Shown here piece after piece: positions 7,986-18,454 of a stretch of DNA of 45,985 bases. Origin of the DNA: Thiotrichales bacterium. Lineage in GTDB: Bacteria; Pseudomonadota; Gammaproteobacteria; CAZUMV01. The stretch covers positions 1 to 45,985 of the forward strand of contig DTYI01000107.1 in NCBI GenBank assembly GCA_012961935.1, written 5' to 3'. The first letter of the stretch is position 1. Each line of letters begins with the position of its first letter. Under the pieces are notes generated by a model. That model worked only from the letters and a program-made list of their open reading frames with translations. It was not told where the DNA came from and did not search any database. The position numbers and the translations under genes are program-made.

Positions 7986-10900
7986 ATGTTGAATACCAAA
8001 ACAAAATTTACCAGCCTGATTACGGGCGTAGTATTATCAATAGCTACCTTCAACCCGGTTGCTGTTTTTGCGGGGCCGTTGTCTACCTCCCTGCCGAATA
8101 GCCCCCTGATTTTACAGACTAGTGTTAAGCCCAATATTCTAACGCTTATTGATGACTCTGGGAGCATGGATATTGAGACCATGATCTCTGGTACTAATAA
8201 TGGTGTTTATTATTCACCTGATGCCAGGAGGCTATGGACCGGTGGCCCGAGAGGTTATGCCTACTCGCACCCTGCTTCTCCACAGATATATTCGAGATCC
8301 ATCGCACCCAGCGAGCAGTTTTTCCTTAATGATGGTTCTACCGACGCGCTTGCCGAGTTGGCTGGCATCTGGCGTATCTGGAATTCGCAGTATAATAAAA
8401 TGTATTATGATCCAACAATCAATTACACGCCCTGGGTTGGAATAGATTCAAGCACAGGTTTTGCCTATGCCGATGCTCCCGTTGCGGATGTCGCAAAAAG
8501 CACAGGGAGTTATAACAGTTACTGGAAAGGGGATAAAAACAACATACCGGGGTTCTGGGCTGCTCGCTACTATAAGTGGGATGACAAGAACGGTAACAAG
8601 GTAGTCGATGAGTTGTATGACGCTGCTGATCGGGCTGCAAATCTGGTTGAAATTACGAACCCTGGGACTTATGAGGGAGGCCCTGACCGTGATGATTGCG
8701 TGAGTGATCCCGGTGCTCCAAATGTTTGTACTTATGATGAAGAAATTCAGAATTTTGCCAATTGGTTCAAGTACTATCGCAAGCGTGACTATGTGGTCAA
8801 ACGGGCCTTGTCAGATATTTTTTCAAGCAACCAGAACCGTGTTGGTCTGGCTACGATTCATGAAGATACCGCAGTTTCCACGCCCGTTAGGGATTTGACG
8901 GTCTCAACAAACCGTGCGCAATTGATCGAGAACCTGTTTGACATTGACCCGGGTGGCGGCACACCCTTAAGAATCGCTTTGCGCGAGGCCGGGCAGTACT
9001 ACCAAAGTGGCGGTAATATCATGCCGAGCGGAAACCCGAGCCCAATTCTACCGGCTGGTGGCGGTGGTGAATGTCAGCAGAATTATACTTTGTTAATGAC
9101 AGATGGTTACTGGAACGGGAGCAGCCCGGGCGTAGGGAATAGAGATAAAGATGGTGGCTCTGGTAACAACAATACCATCTATGACGGCGGTTCACACGCG
9201 GATGATGTGTCGGACACGCTCGCCGATGTTGCCATGAAATATTATGAGATTGACCTTAATACCAGCCTTGCCAATCAGGTTCCACAGAACGGTGATGACA
9301 ATAATCCCGCGCAACATATGGTGACCTATGGAGTGTCGTTCGGGCTGACGGGTGATATTCCCGATGGCCAACCAGTGGACAGGGCAACGCCTCCCTCGCC
9401 AAACTGGCCTGACCCTGTTACTGCGAATACTGCTGAAACAATTGATGACTTGCGTCATGCGGCCTGGAATGGGCGTGGAGAATTTCTTAGTGCAGCTAAC
9501 CCAAAACAATTGATTGATGGCCTGACCAATGCTTTTCAAAGCATTCAAGGACGTACTGGTGGTGCGGCTTCGGTATCTTTTAGTGAGGCGGCGTTACAGG
9601 CAGGAACCAAAGTATTTCAGGTTGAATTCGACTCTAACGACTGGAGTGGCGATCTTAAAGCCTTCCTGTTGAACTCGGGTGGTACATTGGGGGCACAGGT
9701 CTGGAGTGCAGAGACCCAACTGGCAGCATTGGTTACACCGACTTCGGATAGCCGGAAAATATTTACCTATAACGATAGTACAAACACAGGTGTGGCCTTT
9801 AGCTGGGGTTCGTTATCCGCGAAGCAAAAAAGCGACCTGAATGCAGCCGCTGGCGATGCACAAACAGAAGTGCTTCCTTATCTTAGAGGCGCTACGGGTG
9901 ATGAGGGGGGATTATTTCGAAACCGTGGTAAACGCCTTGGTGATATCATTCGCTCAACGCCTGCATTCGTGACGGCTAATCCAACGGCATGGCCTGATGA
10001 TAACGCTCATAACACAGGTGCCTTTGCTGACTATCATGATTTTGTAATCACGGTGCGTACCAGTGCAATTTATGTCGGTAGCAACGATGGCATGTTGCAT
10101 GGTTTTAATGCCAATACCGGTGATGAATTGATGGCCTATATTCCAAACGCATTATTCTCTAGTAGTGCCGGTGAAGGCTTGCATGCCTTGACCGACAAGA
10201 ATTATAAGCACCGGCATTATGTCGATGGTTCTCCAACGGTTGTTGACGCACGCATTGGCGGTGGCTCAGGCGCGGCTGCCTGGAAAACCGTGCTGGTCAG
10301 CGGACTCCGTGGTGGTGGCCGAAGTTATTTTGCGCTGGATGTAACCAATCCAGCGAACTTTGATGAAGCGAACCCTACGGACACAGTCCTCTGGGAGTTC
10401 ACCAGTGATGATGACCCTGACGGTGATCTGGGCTATACCTACGGCGAAGCCAGTATTGTCCCGGCTGAGGACGGTAACTGGTACGCGATATTTGGAAACG
10501 GTTATAACTCCGACAGAGGAAGAGCTGTGTTGTACATGGTCAGGCTAGACCATAACGGCGCCTGGTCGGCAGGTGACTTCTATAAAATTTCGGTGGACAG
10601 TGCAGACAACACAACTAATCGCAATGGTCTGGCAACCCCAGTGGTAATTGACAAGGATGGTAACGGAAAATCTGACACTGTTTATGCGGGCGATTTGAAA
10701 GGTGGGCTTTACGCCTTCGATATTACCAATCCAGCGTCCATTACCAAGCGCAAGGTATTTCAAACGCAGTCTAACCAGCCCATTACCAGCGCGCCGGTTG
10801 TTGCCAAGCACCCTTCCGAGTCGGCTGTGGCAACTTCCCCGAATACTTTAATCATGTTTGGTACTGGTCAATATCTGGTTGTGCCTGATATGACGACAAC

Positions 10901-11630
10901 AGATACACAGTCATTTTATGGTGTGTGGGATAAGGGTTCTGCAACAGCAGCTACCACTGCTAACCTGGTAGAACAGACACTCTCAAACTTCACATCGGGT
11001 GGAAATACAGTCCGTTTATTAACGCAAAATGATGTCGGCTACTCAGCAGACTCACCGCCCACGCAAGGCTGGTATTTCGATCTAGGTCTTGGGGCCGCAG
11101 GTGAGCGCATGGTTGTCAGGCCCATATTGCGTGGTAATGACATCTGGTTTGTTACCACAATACCTGATCCAGCTCCCTGCGGTAACCAGGGTTCAGGTTT
11201 CCTGATGGTGGCGGATGCCCGCACCGGTGGCTCTCCCCAGCGTTCGACTTTTGACATCAACGGCGATGGCCAAGTCGATGGTGAAGATCTGTTTTTTGAT
11301 ACGAATGGTGATGGCATACCGGACTTTACGGTACAGGATTTGATTGATAGTCCTCAGGATCTGGATGGTGATGGCAACAACGACAATATTGTTGATCTGG
11401 ATGGTGATGGGTCTGTCAGTATTGAAGAAGCCATTTATCAGCTAGGCCAGTTGGGTGTGACAGACCAGTTGATTGCACCAGTAGGTGCGCAGCAGTCAGA
11501 CTCAGTTGAAGGTTTTGCTCTCCTGTCAGATACCGCCTATATCACATTATTGGGTGGGCTACAGCAAACTGCTATTGCTCCAGTAACGAGTGATCCTATC
11601 GATCGTCTATCCTGGGAGGAGCTAAGATGA
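7986..11630 (+). CDS. pilY1: Type IV pilus tip-associated adhesin / mechanosensor PilY1 (N-terminal vWA domain, C-terminal beta-propeller)
   Basis: 1214 aa with a signal peptide. vWA motifs are DDSGSMD (MIDAS), GGTPL and LLMTDGYWNG. The PilY1-type C-terminal region has multiple DxDGDG loops. Confidence 0.9.
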   Translation: MLNTKTKFTSLITGVVLSIATFNPVAVFAGPLSTSLPNSPLILQTSVKPNILTLIDDSGSMDIETMISGTNNGVYYSPDARRLWTGGPRGYAYSHPASPQIYSRSIAPSEQFFLNDGSTDALAELAGIWRIWNSQYNKMYYDPTINYTPWVGIDSSTGFAYADAPVADVAKSTGSYNSYWKGDKNNIPGFWAARYYKWDDKNGNKVVDELYDAADRAANLVEITNPGTYEGGPDRDDCVSDPGAPNVCTYDEEIQNFANWFKYYRKRDYVVKRALSDIFSSNQNRVGLATIHEDTAVSTPVRDLTVSTNRAQLIENLFDIDPGGGTPLRIALREAGQYYQSGGNIMPSGNPSPILPAGGGGECQQNYTLLMTDGYWNGSSPGVGNRDKDGGSGNNNTIYDGGSHADDVSDTLADVAMKYYEIDLNTSLANQVPQNGDDNNPAQHMVTYGVSFGLTGDIPDGQPVDRATPPSPNWPDPVTANTAETIDDLRHAAWNGRGEFLSAANPKQLIDGLTNAFQSIQGRTGGAASVSFSEAALQAGTKVFQVEFDSNDWSGDLKAFLLNSGGTLGAQVWSAETQLAALVTPTSDSRKIFTYNDSTNTGVAFSWGSLSAKQKSDLNAAAGDAQTEVLPYLRGATGDEGGLFRNRGKRLGDIIRSTPAFVTANPTAWPDDNAHNTGAFADYHDFVITVRTSAIYVGSNDGMLHGFNANTGDELMAYIPNALFSSSAGEGLHALTDKNYKHRHYVDGSPTVVDARIGGGSGAAAWKTVLVSGLRGGGRSYFALDVTNPANFDEANPTDTVLWEFTSDDDPDGDLGYTYGEASIVPAEDGNWYAIFGNGYNSDRGRAVLYMVRLDHNGAWSAGDFYKISVDSADNTTNRNGLATPVVIDKDGNGKSDTVYAGDLKGGLYAFDITNPASITKRKVFQTQSNQPITSAPVVAKHPSESAVATSPNTLIMFGTGQYLVVPDMTTTDTQSFYGVWDKGSATAATTANLVEQTLSNFTSGGNTVRLLTQNDVGYSADSPPTQGWYFDLGLGAAGERMVVRPILRGNDIWFVTTIPDPAPCGNQGSGFLMVADARTGGSPQRSTFDINGDGQVDGEDLFFDTNGDGIPDFTVQDLIDSPQDLDGDGNNDNIVDLDGDGSVSIEEAIYQLGQLGVTDQLIAPVGAQQSDSVEGFALLSDTAYITLLGGLQQTAIAPVTSDPIDRLSWEELR

Positions 11631-11929
11631 GATTGTTTAAATTCTTTTTACCACTCATGCTTTTAATCAATAACGGTACACTGATTGCTGCTGACGATGA
11701 TAATAAACGTAGTAATGGAACGGCGCAGTCGGAAGATGTCGTCATTTCCGGAACTGTGTCTTCAGTCGATGAGAACAGGCGCATTATTGTGGTTGCCGGT
11801 AAATCAATACATATGCCTAAGCTGGGCGTAATTCCTTTCAAGAAAGGTCAGTCTGTCAAAGTGGTAACAACCAAGATAAAGGGGAAGATCTACTACCTTG
11901 GAATAAATATGCCGGGTCAGGGTGGGTAG
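11627..11929 (+). CDS. Small secreted protein in the PilY2 position (function unknown)
   Basis: 100 aa. Its start overlaps the pilY1 stop (ATGA). It has a predicted signal peptide MRLFKFFLPLMLLINNGTLIAA. The positional analogy to P. aeruginosa pilY2 rests on gene order only. Confidence 0.5.
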   Translation: MRLFKFFLPLMLLINNGTLIAADDDNKRSNGTAQSEDVVISGTVSSVDENRRIIVVAGKSIHMPKLGVIPFKKGQSVKVVTTKIKGKIYYLGINMPGQGG

Positions 11930-11937
11930 TTGATACT

Positions 11938-12369
11938 ATGAATAAAGGTTTCTCCTTGATTGAATTGATGATCGTTGTCGCGATTGTGGGCATCCTGGCT
12001 GCAATTGCCTATCCTTCTTACCAACAGAATATGATTGATTCACGCCGTGCAAAAGCGGCAGGTTGCCTGATGGAACTCCAGCAGTTTATGGAGAAATTTT
12101 ACTCGACCAATTTCCGTTATGATCAGGATGCAGGTGGCGCTGCGGTTGTGCTGCCCGCGCCACAATGCGTAACTGATTTGGCGGGGTTTTATGGATTTGA
12201 AAATGGTGGTGCCCCTGCGGCAGTTGGGCAGCAGACATTCATGTTGACTGCGACCGCAGCCGGTCCGCAATTAAATGATAGTCGTGGCTGTGGAAATCTG
12301 ACGATTAACCAGGCGGGAACTAAAGGTATTAGTGGTGGTGGAACTGTCGCTGGTTGCTGGCGGCAATAG
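11938..12369 (+). CDS. pilE: Type IV pilin PilE (minor pilin)
   Basis: 143 aa. MNKGFSLIELMIVVAIVGILAAIAYPSY is a class III signal plus N-methyl-Phe-type N-terminus, and there is a C-terminal Cys pair. Confidence 0.8.
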   Translation: MNKGFSLIELMIVVAIVGILAAIAYPSYQQNMIDSRRAKAAGCLMELQQFMEKFYSTNFRYDQDAGGAAVVLPAPQCVTDLAGFYGFENGGAPAAVGQQTFMLTATAAGPQLNDSRGCGNLTINQAGTKGISGGGTVAGCWRQ

Positions 12370-12377
12370 CACAGTAG

Positions 12378-12410
12378 GTAGGGTGGATAAGCTTGCGTCA
12401 TCCACCATCC
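12378..12410. repeat. REP-like element GTAGGGTGGATAAGC...CATCCACC
   Basis: gtagggtggataagcttgcgtcatccaccatcc forms a short hairpin between the convergent pilE and ispH genes. A second copy is at 13381-13411. Confidence 0.7.
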
Positions 12411-12414
12411 AGAA

Positions 12415-13347
12415 TCATCGCAACGCCTGCGGCAAATTAAAAGCGACATCTTCTTCAGTGATGGTATGTTGCAAAATTTCGCCTGCTCCGTTCTCTTGTA
12501 GATATTCAAGTACAGACTGAACAATGGTTTCGGGTGCTGACGCACCTGCTGTGACACCAATTTTAGTTTTGTTTTTTAGCCATACGGCGCTGATTTCTCC
12601 AGCGTCATCGATCAGATAAGCCTCGGTGCCTCGCTTGATCGCAATCTCTCGCAAACGATTCGAATTTGAACTATTGGGTGAGCCGACGACCAGGACGAGA
12701 TCACATTCTTCTGCTAACTGTTTAACGGCATCCTGACGGTTCTGGGTGGCGTAGCAGATGTCGTCTTTCTTTGGGCCGTGGATGTTGGGGAAGCGTTGGC
12801 GCAATGCGTCAATAATTTTTCTGGTGTCGTCCATGGAGAGGGTGGTTTGGGTGACATAGGTTAGTCTGTCGGGGTCCTTAATTTTTAGTTTTTCAACATC
12901 ACCCAGTGTCTCAACCAGATAAATTTCACCACCGAAACTTTTGTCGTAACGCCCCATGGTGCCTTCGACTTCCGGATGACCTTCGTGACCGATTAAAATG
13001 GCTTCCCGGCCTTCGTGCGAGTAACGGTTAACTTCCATGTGGACCTTGGTGACCAGCGGGCAGGTGGCGTCAAAAACCTGCAAGCCGCGTCTTGTCGCTT
13101 CTTCCTCGACCGCCCTGGATACGCCATGCGCGCTGAAAATGACTGTGGCGTCATCGGGCACATCGTCCAGTTCATTGACAAATATCGCGCCCTTGTTTTT
13201 CAGGTCGTTGACGACATAGCGGTTATGTACCACTTCATGCCGCACATAAATCGGCGCACCGAATAATTCCAGTGCGCGCTCAACGATTTCAATCGCGCGG
13301 TCGACGCCGGCACAAAATCCGCGGGGGTTGGCGAGTAGAACTTCCAT
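12415..13347 (-). CDS. ispH: 4-hydroxy-3-methylbut-2-enyl diphosphate reductase
   Basis: 310 aa from the ATG at 13347 ([23 protein letters not shown]...). The longer track ORF reads through the upstream REP copy. Confidence 0.95.
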   Translation of the reverse strand: MEVLLANPRGFCAGVDRAIEIVERALELFGAPIYVRHEVVHNRYVVNDLKNKGAIFVNELDDVPDDATVIFSAHGVSRAVEEEATRRGLQVFDATCPLVTKVHMEVNRYSHEGREAILIGHEGHPEVEGTMGRYDKSFGGEIYLVETLGDVEKLKIKDPDRLTYVTQTTLSMDDTRKIIDALRQRFPNIHGPKKDDICYATQNRQDAVKQLAEECDLVLVVGSPNSSNSNRLREIAIKRGTEAYLIDDAGEISAVWLKNKTKIGVTAGASAPETIVQSVLEYLQENGAGEILQHTITEEDVAFNLPQALR

Positions 13348-13380
13348 GGCGTTAGTCCGGATGCTTCGCAAAAAAAGGCA

Positions 13381-13411
13381 GTAGGGTGGATAAGCGATAG
13401 CGCCATCCACC
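13381..13411. repeat. REP-like element GTAGGGTGGATAAGC...CATCCACC
   Basis: gtagggtggataagcgatagcgccatccacc, the second copy of the 12378 element, lies between fkpB and ispH. Confidence 0.7.
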
Positions 13412-13584
13412 AAAACCACGGCAGTTTTGACGCAGACAAGTACAGGGATGCATGATGGTAGAACCACGCAGGAGCAGTTGTCGAGACGCAAAGGCGTAGA
13501 GTTTTTCAGTCAATGGGTCACCTTTATTCACCATAGGTATGAAAGTGGATTCCTTCACCCTCGAAACGATCTGGTTACAGTTTA

Positions 13585-14034
13585 TCACTCCGCAGGATTT
13601 TCGACAGAAAGAATCTCAACCTGAAAGGTTACTTCATGTCCGGCGCAGGGGTGGTTGAAATCGACTTTTATCTGATCGCCCTCGATGCTTAAAACGGCGC
13701 CAGGTATTTCTTCACCATCTGGCGTATGAAAACCAATGATGCGCCCGGGCTTGGGTTCGATGTCGTCCGGGAAATCGGCCAGCGGGATGTGGTGAATCGC
13801 TTCAGGGTCGCGAAAACCGAAACCGGTTTCCGGGGGTATTTTCATTGTTTCTTTGTCACCTGCTTTCAGGTCGAGCAATGCATATTTAAGCCCTTCGATA
13901 AACGTATCGTCTTCCATGCTAAAAACAAGTGGTTCGTTTTTTTCGGTGCGATCGACCAGCGTGCCATCTTCGAGCGTTAGCTTGAAGTGCATGGTGACCT
14001 GACTGTTTAGCTGGATTGTCTGTTTGCTAGTCAT
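13585..14034 (-). CDS. fkpB: FKBP-type peptidyl-prolyl cis-trans isomerase (FkpB/SlpA type)
   Basis: 149 aa from the ATG at 14034. VTMHFKLTLEDGT...FNHPCAGHEVTFQVEIL is typical of the short FKBP with an insert-in-flap domain. It holds the conserved lspA-fkpB-ispH position. Confidence 0.85.
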   Translation of the reverse strand: MTSKQTIQLNSQVTMHFKLTLEDGTLVDRTEKNEPLVFSMEDDTFIEGLKYALLDLKAGDKETMKIPPETGFGFRDPEAIHHIPLADFPDDIEPKPGRIIGFHTPDGEEIPGAVLSIEGDQIKVDFNHPCAGHEVTFQVEILSVENPAE

Positions 14035-14052
14035 TTTGTTTAACGCATTTAT

Positions 14053-14128
14053 TGCACCGCAAAGACGCAAAGGACATAAAGTTACATAAAAAAAGATTTC
14101 TTTGCGCACTCTGCGTCTTTGCGGTGCA
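14053..14128. repeat. REP-like palindromic element (GACGCARAG superfamily)
   Basis: tgcaccgcaaagacgca (14053-14069) pairs with tgcgtctttgcggtgca (14112-14128). It lies between the lspA stop and the fkpB start. Confidence 0.8.
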
Positions 14129-14139
14129 TTCGTAAATAA

Positions 14140-14637
14140 TTAGTCGGTGTCTTCGTGTTTCCCAAACAGGGTATGAAAAATTAATAACGCTGCGCCAATC
14201 GTGATAGCTGAATCAGCAATATTAAACGCAGGGTAATGATACTGCTGGTAATGAAAATCCAGAAAGTCGATAACGTGCCCGTAAGCAATCCGGTCGATGA
14301 CGTTGCCGATCGCGCCGCCTAAAATCAGTGAGAGTGAAATGGCGGTAATTTTTTCGTGCTTGTTTAAACCTTTCAGCCAGTAAAAAATAACGCCGCTAAC
14401 AATAACTGCCAGTCCGGTAAAGAGCCAGCGTTGCCAGCCATTTTCATCGGCAAGAAAACTGAACGCAGCGCCTTTGTTATAAGCCAGCGTTAAATTAAAA
14501 AAGCCGTCGATGATTGGCTTTTGCTGATACAGCGTAAAGACCTGGTCAATGTACAGCTTGCTGACCTGATCCAGTACGATGACCACCACCGAAAGCCACA
14601 ACCATTTAAGCATACTGGCGTACCTCGCCAGAGCCAT
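14140..14637 (-). CDS. lspA: Lipoprotein signal peptidase II
   Basis: 165 aa. Motifs [18 protein letters not shown]...NKGAAFSF...[10 protein letters not shown]...FNIAD. It overlaps the ileS 3' end by 32 nt. Confidence 0.9.
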   Translation of the reverse strand: MALARYASMLKWLWLSVVVIVLDQVSKLYIDQVFTLYQQKPIIDGFFNLTLAYNKGAAFSFLADENGWQRWLFTGLAVIVSGVIFYWLKGLNKHEKITAISLSLILGGAIGNVIDRIAYGHVIDFLDFHYQQYHYPAFNIADSAITIGAALLIFHTLFGKHEDTD

Positions 14638-17419
14638 CTACATTTTCAATGCAGCGGCCGCAGATCTCAGGGTGTTTTTTATCGCTGCCGACATCTTCGC
14701 GGTGATGCCAGCAGCGAATACATTTTTCATGTTGACTGGCGCTGGCGGCAATGGCGAGCGTCTGGCCATCTTTTAATGACTGTGTTTCCAGACCTTCGGG
14801 TTTGTCGCTTAAGGGGTGAATGCGTGCATAAGATGTGATGAGCACAAAGCGCAGTTCGTCTTCGAGTTTTGCCAGTGTGTTATGCAGTTTTTCATCGCAA
14901 TAAAGATCAACTTCGGCATCGAGTGACGAGCCGATTACTTTTTCGTTGCGTAATGTTTCAAGTTCACGGCTGACCGCCTCGCGTGTCTGCAAAACCTGTT
15001 GCCAGAAGTCATTATCCAGTTCGGCGTTTGCGGGTGTCTGTTCTAACTTTTCATACCATTGGCTGAAAAATACAGACCGCTCCCGATTCTCCGACATCTG
15101 TTGCCAGAGCTCCTCGGCAGTAAAAGTGAGGATCGGCGCCATCCAACGCGCCAGCGCTTCCAGGACGTGATGCATCGCCGTCTGGGTTGAGCGACGTGGT
15201 CGGCCATCAGCCTGCGTGGTGTATTGCCGATCCTTGATAATGTCGAGATAAAAACTGCCGAGTTCAACCGAGCAGAAGTTCAATATTTCCTGATAGACAA
15301 TATGAAACTGATACGCATCGTAAGCGGCGATAATTTTTCCCTGCAACCGAGCAGCCTGATCAATAATCCAGCGATCCAGCGCGATTAATTCGCCCACGGG
15401 TAGTTGATCTTTTTCAGGGTCAAAGCCGTTGAGGTTGGCCAGCAAAAAACGCGCGGTGTTGCGGATACGCCGATAAGCGTCAGCGCCGCGTTTGAGAATT
15501 TCATCCGATACCGTCATCTCTCGACTGTAGTCGTTTGACGCGACCCACAGCCGCAAAATATCTGCGCCCAGATTATTAATCACTTTTTGTGGCGCGACGA
15601 CATTGCCTTTGGACTTGGACATTTTCTGGCCCTTGGCGTCCACTGTAAAACCGTGAGTCAGCACTTGCTTGTATGGCGCGCGTCCGTTCATGGCGATCGA
15701 AGTCAGCAGCGACGACTGGAACCAGCCGCGATGCTGGTCAGAACCTTCCAGATAAAGATCAGCCGGGTTGCGTAATTGCTCGCGTTGATCGAGCACGCAG
15801 TGATGCGTTACGCCGGAGTCAAACCAGACATCGAGCGTGTCGCTGACTTTTTCATAATGCTCGGCGTCGGCACCGAGCAGTTTAGCTGGTTCCAGATCAA
15901 ACCAGGCATCGATTCCTTTTTGCTCGATTTTTACTGCAATGGCTTCGATGAGTCGTGGCGAGTCAGGGTGCAGTTCGCCGGTTTGTTTGTGGACAAAAAG
16001 CGGAATCGGCGAACCCCAGGTGCGCTGTCGGGAGATGCACCAGTCCGGCCTGTTTTCCACCATGCCGAGGATGCGCGCTTCGCCCCAGTCGGGCATCCAC
16101 GTCACGTCTTTAATCGTCTCAAGTGCTTTTTTCCGCAGGCCATTCTGATCCATGCTGATGAACCACTGCGGCGTGGCACGGAAAATAATCGGCGTCTTAT
16201 GCCGCCAGCAATGCGGGTAGCTGTGCAGTAGTTTTTCGTTGGCGAGCAATGCACCGCGTTCCTGCAAAACTTCTACAACATGGTCGTTAGCCTTGAACAC
16301 AAACTCACCGGCAAACAATTCAGTGTCGGGCAGAAAACAGCCATTACCACCCACCGGATTTTCCACCGGCAAATTATATTTCTGGCCGACGATAAAATCG
16401 TCCTGACCGTGTCCGGGTGCCGTGTGCACTGCGCCAGTGCCTGCTTCGGTGGTGACATGCTCGCCAAGAATAATCGGCACCTGCCGATCATAAAAAGGAT
16501 GTTGAAGTTTTAAGCCTTCCAGTGCAGCACCTTTGCAACGGCCAATAATTTCTGCGCGCTCAAAACCGTAACGCTGCAAGGCGTCCTGATACAAGGCTTC
16601 GGCGAGTAGCAGACGTTCAGCCCCGACCTGCACCAGCACATAATCCAGATCAGGATGCAGCGCGACCGCCTGGTTGGCGGGCAGTGTCCACGGCGTCGTC
16701 GTCCAGATCACCGCAGAGATCGGGCCGTTACCTTTTGCATCGCAACGGCTGGCAATTTCATTTTCATCAACTGCCTTGAAGCGTACGTCGATCGCGGCGG
16801 AAGTTTTATCTTCGTGTTCCACTTCTGCTTCGGCCAGCGCGGAACCACAATCGACACACCAGTGCACCGGTTTCTCACCCTTGTGCAGATGACCGTTCTC
16901 GATGATCTTGCCGAGCGAGCGGATGATGTTGGCCTCAAAGCTGTAATTCATCGTGAGATAAGGGTTGTCCCAGTCACCCATTACGCCCAGACGTTTGAAA
17001 TCTTCACGCTGACCATCGACCTGTTTTTGCGCATATTCTCGACAGCGTGCACGGAAATCATCAGCCGAAACTTTGTTGCCTGGCTTGCCGACTTTTTTCT
17101 CGACCTGTAATTCAATCGGCAAGCCGTGGCAATCCCAGCCCGGCACATAAGGCGCGTCAAATCCGCTCAAGGTTTTGGATTTAACGATGATGTCTTTCAG
17201 CACTTTATTCACCGCATGGCCGATATGGATATCACCGTTGGCGTAAGGTGGACCATCGTGCAAAATAAATTTTGGCCGGCCAGCCGCATGCTTGCGCAAC
17301 TCAGCATACAGGTCAGCATCCTCCCAGCTTTTCAACATTTCCGGTTCGCGTTTGGCCAGATTGCCGCGCATGGGGAAATCGGTGTGGGGCAGGTTAAGTG
17401 TATTTTTATAATCGGTCAT
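14606..17419 (-). CDS. ileS: Isoleucine--tRNA ligase
   Basis: 937 aa with HIGH ([11 protein letters not shown]) and KMSKS motifs and a C-terminal Zn-finger cysteine pattern. Confidence 0.97.
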   Translation of the reverse strand: MTDYKNTLNLPHTDFPMRGNLAKREPEMLKSWEDADLYAELRKHAAGRPKFILHDGPPYANGDIHIGHAVNKVLKDIIVKSKTLSGFDAPYVPGWDCHGLPIELQVEKKVGKPGNKVSADDFRARCREYAQKQVDGQREDFKRLGVMGDWDNPYLTMNYSFEANIIRSLGKIIENGHLHKGEKPVHWCVDCGSALAEAEVEHEDKTSAAIDVRFKAVDENEIASRCDAKGNGPISAVIWTTTPWTLPANQAVALHPDLDYVLVQVGAERLLLAEALYQDALQRYGFERAEIIGRCKGAALEGLKLQHPFYDRQVPIILGEHVTTEAGTGAVHTAPGHGQDDFIVGQKYNLPVENPVGGNGCFLPDTELFAGEFVFKANDHVVEVLQERGALLANEKLLHSYPHCWRHKTPIIFRATPQWFISMDQNGLRKKALETIKDVTWMPDWGEARILGMVENRPDWCISRQRTWGSPIPLFVHKQTGELHPDSPRLIEAIAVKIEQKGIDAWFDLEPAKLLGADAEHYEKVSDTLDVWFDSGVTHHCVLDQREQLRNPADLYLEGSDQHRGWFQSSLLTSIAMNGRAPYKQVLTHGFTVDAKGQKMSKSKGNVVAPQKVINNLGADILRLWVASNDYSREMTVSDEILKRGADAYRRIRNTARFLLANLNGFDPEKDQLPVGELIALDRWIIDQAARLQGKIIAAYDAYQFHIVYQEILNFCSVELGSFYLDIIKDRQYTTQADGRPRRSTQTAMHHVLEALARWMAPILTFTAEELWQQMSENRERSVFFSQWYEKLEQTPANAELDNDFWQQVLQTREAVSRELETLRNEKVIGSSLDAEVDLYCDEKLHNTLAKLEDELRFVLITSYARIHPLSDKPEGLETQSLKDGQTLAIAASASQHEKCIRCWHHREDVGSDKKHPEICGRCIENVDGSGEVRQYA

Positions 17420-17440
17420 TGTGTACTTTTTCTATTTAAA

Positions 17441-17508
17441 TTTTGACGCAGAGGCACAGAGCATTCAAAACGGCTATTCTCTGCGCCTCCGCGCCTCTGC
17501 GTCGAAAA
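17441..17508. repeat. REP-like palindromic element (GACGCARAG superfamily, CAGAG variant)
   Basis: ttttgacgcagaggc (17441-17455) pairs with gcctctgcgtcgaaaa (17493-17508). It overlaps the last 11 codons and the stop of ribF. Confidence 0.8.
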
Positions 17509-18421
17509 AAATTCTCGCGTTTACTTCATCTTTTTCAATTTGCCTGACCATCGCATCCACCGATTCAAATTTTTCTTCATCACGCAGTTTTTCCAACCAG
17601 ACGATTTCCAGTCGCCTGCCATATAAATCACCAGTGAAATCTAACAGGTGTACCTCAATGAGGAAACCCCTGTAATTCACAGTCGGTCGTGTGCCGATAC
17701 TGCAAATCCCGGGTAAGGGGTGATCTTCAATACCGTTTACCTCGACTGTAAAGATGCCCCGCAATGGAGAAACACGCCGGCCAACGCGAATATTCGCGGT
17801 TGGGTATCCGATCTCGCGGCCACGTTTGTCACCCTCGATGACATAACCCGACATGGTATAAGGCCGCCCTAGCAGTTTTTCAGCCTGCTGCAATTCCCCG
17901 GCTTCTAGAAGTTTCCGTATCCGGCTGCTGCTGATTCGTTTGTTCTGTTCACTGAAAGTTTCAGTTTTTTGCACCGCAAATCCATGTTGCTTTCCGGCCT
18001 GCTGCAGCAGTGTGAAATTTCCACTGCGATTCTTGCCGAAACAAAAATCATCACCGACGACCAGGCTTTTAATTTCCAGTCCTTCCACTAACACCTGTTG
18101 AATAAAATCTTCAGCAGAAAGGTTGGCGAGTTTCTGATTAAAAGCTAAGCAGAGCATTTGATCAACGCCGAGTTTTTCCAGAGCAATAAATTTGTCACGG
18201 AAGGGTGTGAGTCGACCGGGCGCCTTTTCTCCCAGAAAAAAATCCTGCGGTAACGGCTCAAAAGTGATGACGGTTTTTTTGCAATTTAGCCGCGCTGCTT
18301 CATTTGTCAATTGTTGGATGACAGCCTGATGCCCGCGATGCACGCCATCGAAATTACCGATGGTTGCAACGCTGCCCTTGTGCTCAGGGCGCAGATTATA
18401 AACTCCGCGGATCAGCTGCAT
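17474..18421 (-). CDS. ribF: Bifunctional riboflavin kinase / FMN adenylyltransferase
   Basis: 315 aa. Motifs GNFDGVHRGHQ...PTANI. The C-terminal FFDAEARRRRE is encoded by the repeat element. Confidence 0.95.
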   Translation of the reverse strand: MQLIRGVYNLRPEHKGSVATIGNFDGVHRGHQAVIQQLTNEAARLNCKKTVITFEPLPQDFFLGEKAPGRLTPFRDKFIALEKLGVDQMLCLAFNQKLANLSAEDFIQQVLVEGLEIKSLVVGDDFCFGKNRSGNFTLLQQAGKQHGFAVQKTETFSEQNKRISSSRIRKLLEAGELQQAEKLLGRPYTMSGYVIEGDKRGREIGYPTANIRVGRRVSPLRGIFTVEVNGIEDHPLPGICSIGTRPTVNYRGFLIEVHLLDFTGDLYGRRLEIVWLEKLRDEEKFESVDAMVRQIEKDEVNARIFFDAEARRRRE

Positions 18422-18454
18422 GGGTGTATATCAAAAACCAGAAATTATACGCAA

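Noticed and set aside
14606-14637. The 32-nt ileS/lspA overlap as a sign of misannotation or frameshift.
   Set aside because: The LspA N-terminus from 14637 is collinear in length with E. coli LspA as recalled. Short overlaps in the ileS-lspA unit are ordinary. An alternative ATG at 14613 would still overlap.
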